A stretch of 62,728 nt of DNA, counting the filler, from Globobulimina sp. (Eukaryota), in the NCBI GenBank assembly GCA_003354225.1. It is 37 parts of 37 records of this genome, joined end to end, with 100 filler letters (N's around TTAATTAATTAA, not from the genome) between each part and the next. Parts side by side here need not be neighbours in the genome. Positions count along the whole stretch, not along the records: positions 61,132 to 62,728 come from PIVH01014334.1; 36 more parts are not named here. One strand, 5' to 3'. The number at the start of each line of letters is the position of its first letter. Within the stretch, counting starts at the first letter, position 1. The notes under the pieces were generated by a model. The model did not search any database, was not told the DNA's origin, and was given only the letters and a program-made list of their open reading frames with translations. Position numbers and translations under genes: made by a program. Below are positions 61,132 to 62,728 of the stretch, piece after piece.

Positions 61132-62478
61132 GATAGAGGCTCTCAATTGAATGTAGCGATGTGTTGCTTGAATTGCTTAAAATGTTTGGAATTCCCGGGC
61201 CATATCTAGGCGAGTTCTTAGTGACAGCAATAATATGTTTTATATTATAATCCCAAGTCTCTTGTATTGAAAGTTTACGTTTAATTTTGGGTGGTTTTAC
61301 GTATAAATAAGTTCCAATTAAAATAACAATAAAACCTAACAATCGAATAAATGAGTATTTATCCCATGGCTCACCATACAATGAATTAATACAATAAGTG
61401 ATCAGCGATAATATCCACGTTCCGATAGGGTATAACTGTTGAAATAATTTCCTTGTTAAAGATGACGTTAATTTGGCAACTTTCATTTGCATCGTGTCTT
61501 TGCCAAAAATAGCAAATATAAATAATATAAAACAGACAATAACGGCTGGAAAACCTGCAATATATCGCGCAGCCTCTCCAATATCATCATAATCCTCGTC
61601 CTCACCAAAAGGATCGGTGAATAATAAAATTATGCCGAATATTACCATAAAAAATAAAGAAATAATTGACTCCATTCCAACTACAGTACAACAACAAAAT
61701 ATATATATTTTCAAAAAACGATAAAAACACTAAATAATGTACCTAAAAAATCGGAATCCAATGCTTTTCCATTTGGAAGTTGCAATAATATCTCTTCCAT
61801 TGTGTTCCGAATGGAACCTAAAAATCCTATAATTATTAACAAAACTGTGCCAATTATGGTTCTTTGAAGTTGTTCAGGATCATTTGATGCTAATTTCGAT
61901 AATATATCTTCCAGAGACACAATAATTAAACCAATAATAGTTACTGATAAACCTATCCATTGCAGATTTGTGAGGTGTTTTTTCCTATAAAATCTACGAA
62001 ATAATGCTAGAAATAATAATTGAAAGCCATTCTTTAAGATTGATATAACTGCGGCCGGTAAGAAAACAAGCGATAAGTAACGACCGCCCGTCACAAATAA
62101 GTCCATAAATGCGGGAATACATATTTTTAAAAATAATTTCTTGTTCAACAATGTAAATGATTTCCGACCACCAATTAAAGCAAATGAACAAATAAAAAAT
62201 GAGCCAGCAGTCAAACACCAGGTAGCCCAGTAATCGACTTCTAAGCCAGGGAGACCGGAATCGTCGCCAGGTATTATTTGATATATTAATTTGCCTAAGA
62301 AGTCATTGCTGCTGCCACAGACTAACATCACTATGATTGCAAGTAAAAATACCCGTTTCGGTGATGCTTTCCTAGTCTCACTACTGTCACCTGCTAGATT
62401 TTGTATGTTAGAATTTCGAGGCACCAAATTTTGGTCCAGGTGTTGGGAAGACGTCATCATGAAACCTTTTTTTCGCAT
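61132..62478 (-). CDS. DMT-superfamily (SLC35F/CRT-like) transporter (3' partial; intron 61681-61742)
   Basis: About 10 TM segments; IPAFMDL, QWIG, EE.LL, spliced FLVGMES, GEPW...LLGF..LIGT.LY. Confidence 0.8.
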
Positions 62479-62728
62479 TTCAAAGCTAGAGTCAAAGCTA
62501 GTATAACATTTTTTCGCATTTAATTCAACAATATAAAATTTTTTCGCACAGATTTAATAAACAAAATAATGACACTCTATAATTGATAAACTCATGGGGT
62601 ATAATATTTCCATATCTAAACTTTGCATATGTTGATCGCATTGTAAAAGCGGTATGACACTGCAGACATATGGTGAATTTCATTCTGCAGACAATTAAAC
62701 ACTGCAGTCACAACTATTGAGCTAATTT

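Overview
This is not one continuous locus. It is about 37 unrelated ~1.6 kb contigs joined by artificial 100-nt linkers (N44-TTAATTAATTAA-N44, stops in all six frames), so neighbourhood across a linker is meaningless and ORFs ending in 'XXX..LIN' are artefacts. Almost all contigs are AT-rich eukaryotic DNA with short (about 50-155 nt) GT-AG introns. They carry fragments of housekeeping genes (eIF3b, RPC2, 6PGD, LeuRS, PP4R3, OCRL-like, HYDIN-like, actin) and of expanded Kelch/SPRY/TRAF/F-box/LRR/caspase-like families. The repertoire resembles a rhizarian/foraminiferan protist, which is an inference I cannot confirm here. One contig is a bacterial (NDH-2 + VTC domain) / Ty3-Gypsy chimera. Best leads: (1) a spliced TRAF-type zinc-finger gene ending in a phage tail-collar-like domain; (2) a membrane-anchored caspase-fold protein; (3) a recurrent 'LVxGYxR...IPxDIIxLIxxFY' module on four unrelated adaptor-type proteins; (4) a hidden tRNA gene with a D-loop insertion and a long anticodon-loop intron; (5) an intron-containing secreted 3D/DPBB-like + LysM protein; (6) a Ras-membrane-domain fusion with G12/Q61 substitutions; (7) an LRR protein with a hypervariable concave face; (8) a TTAA-bounded, Kolobok-like repeat end shared by two contigs. 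All family calls come from motif recognition by eye; no searches were run.
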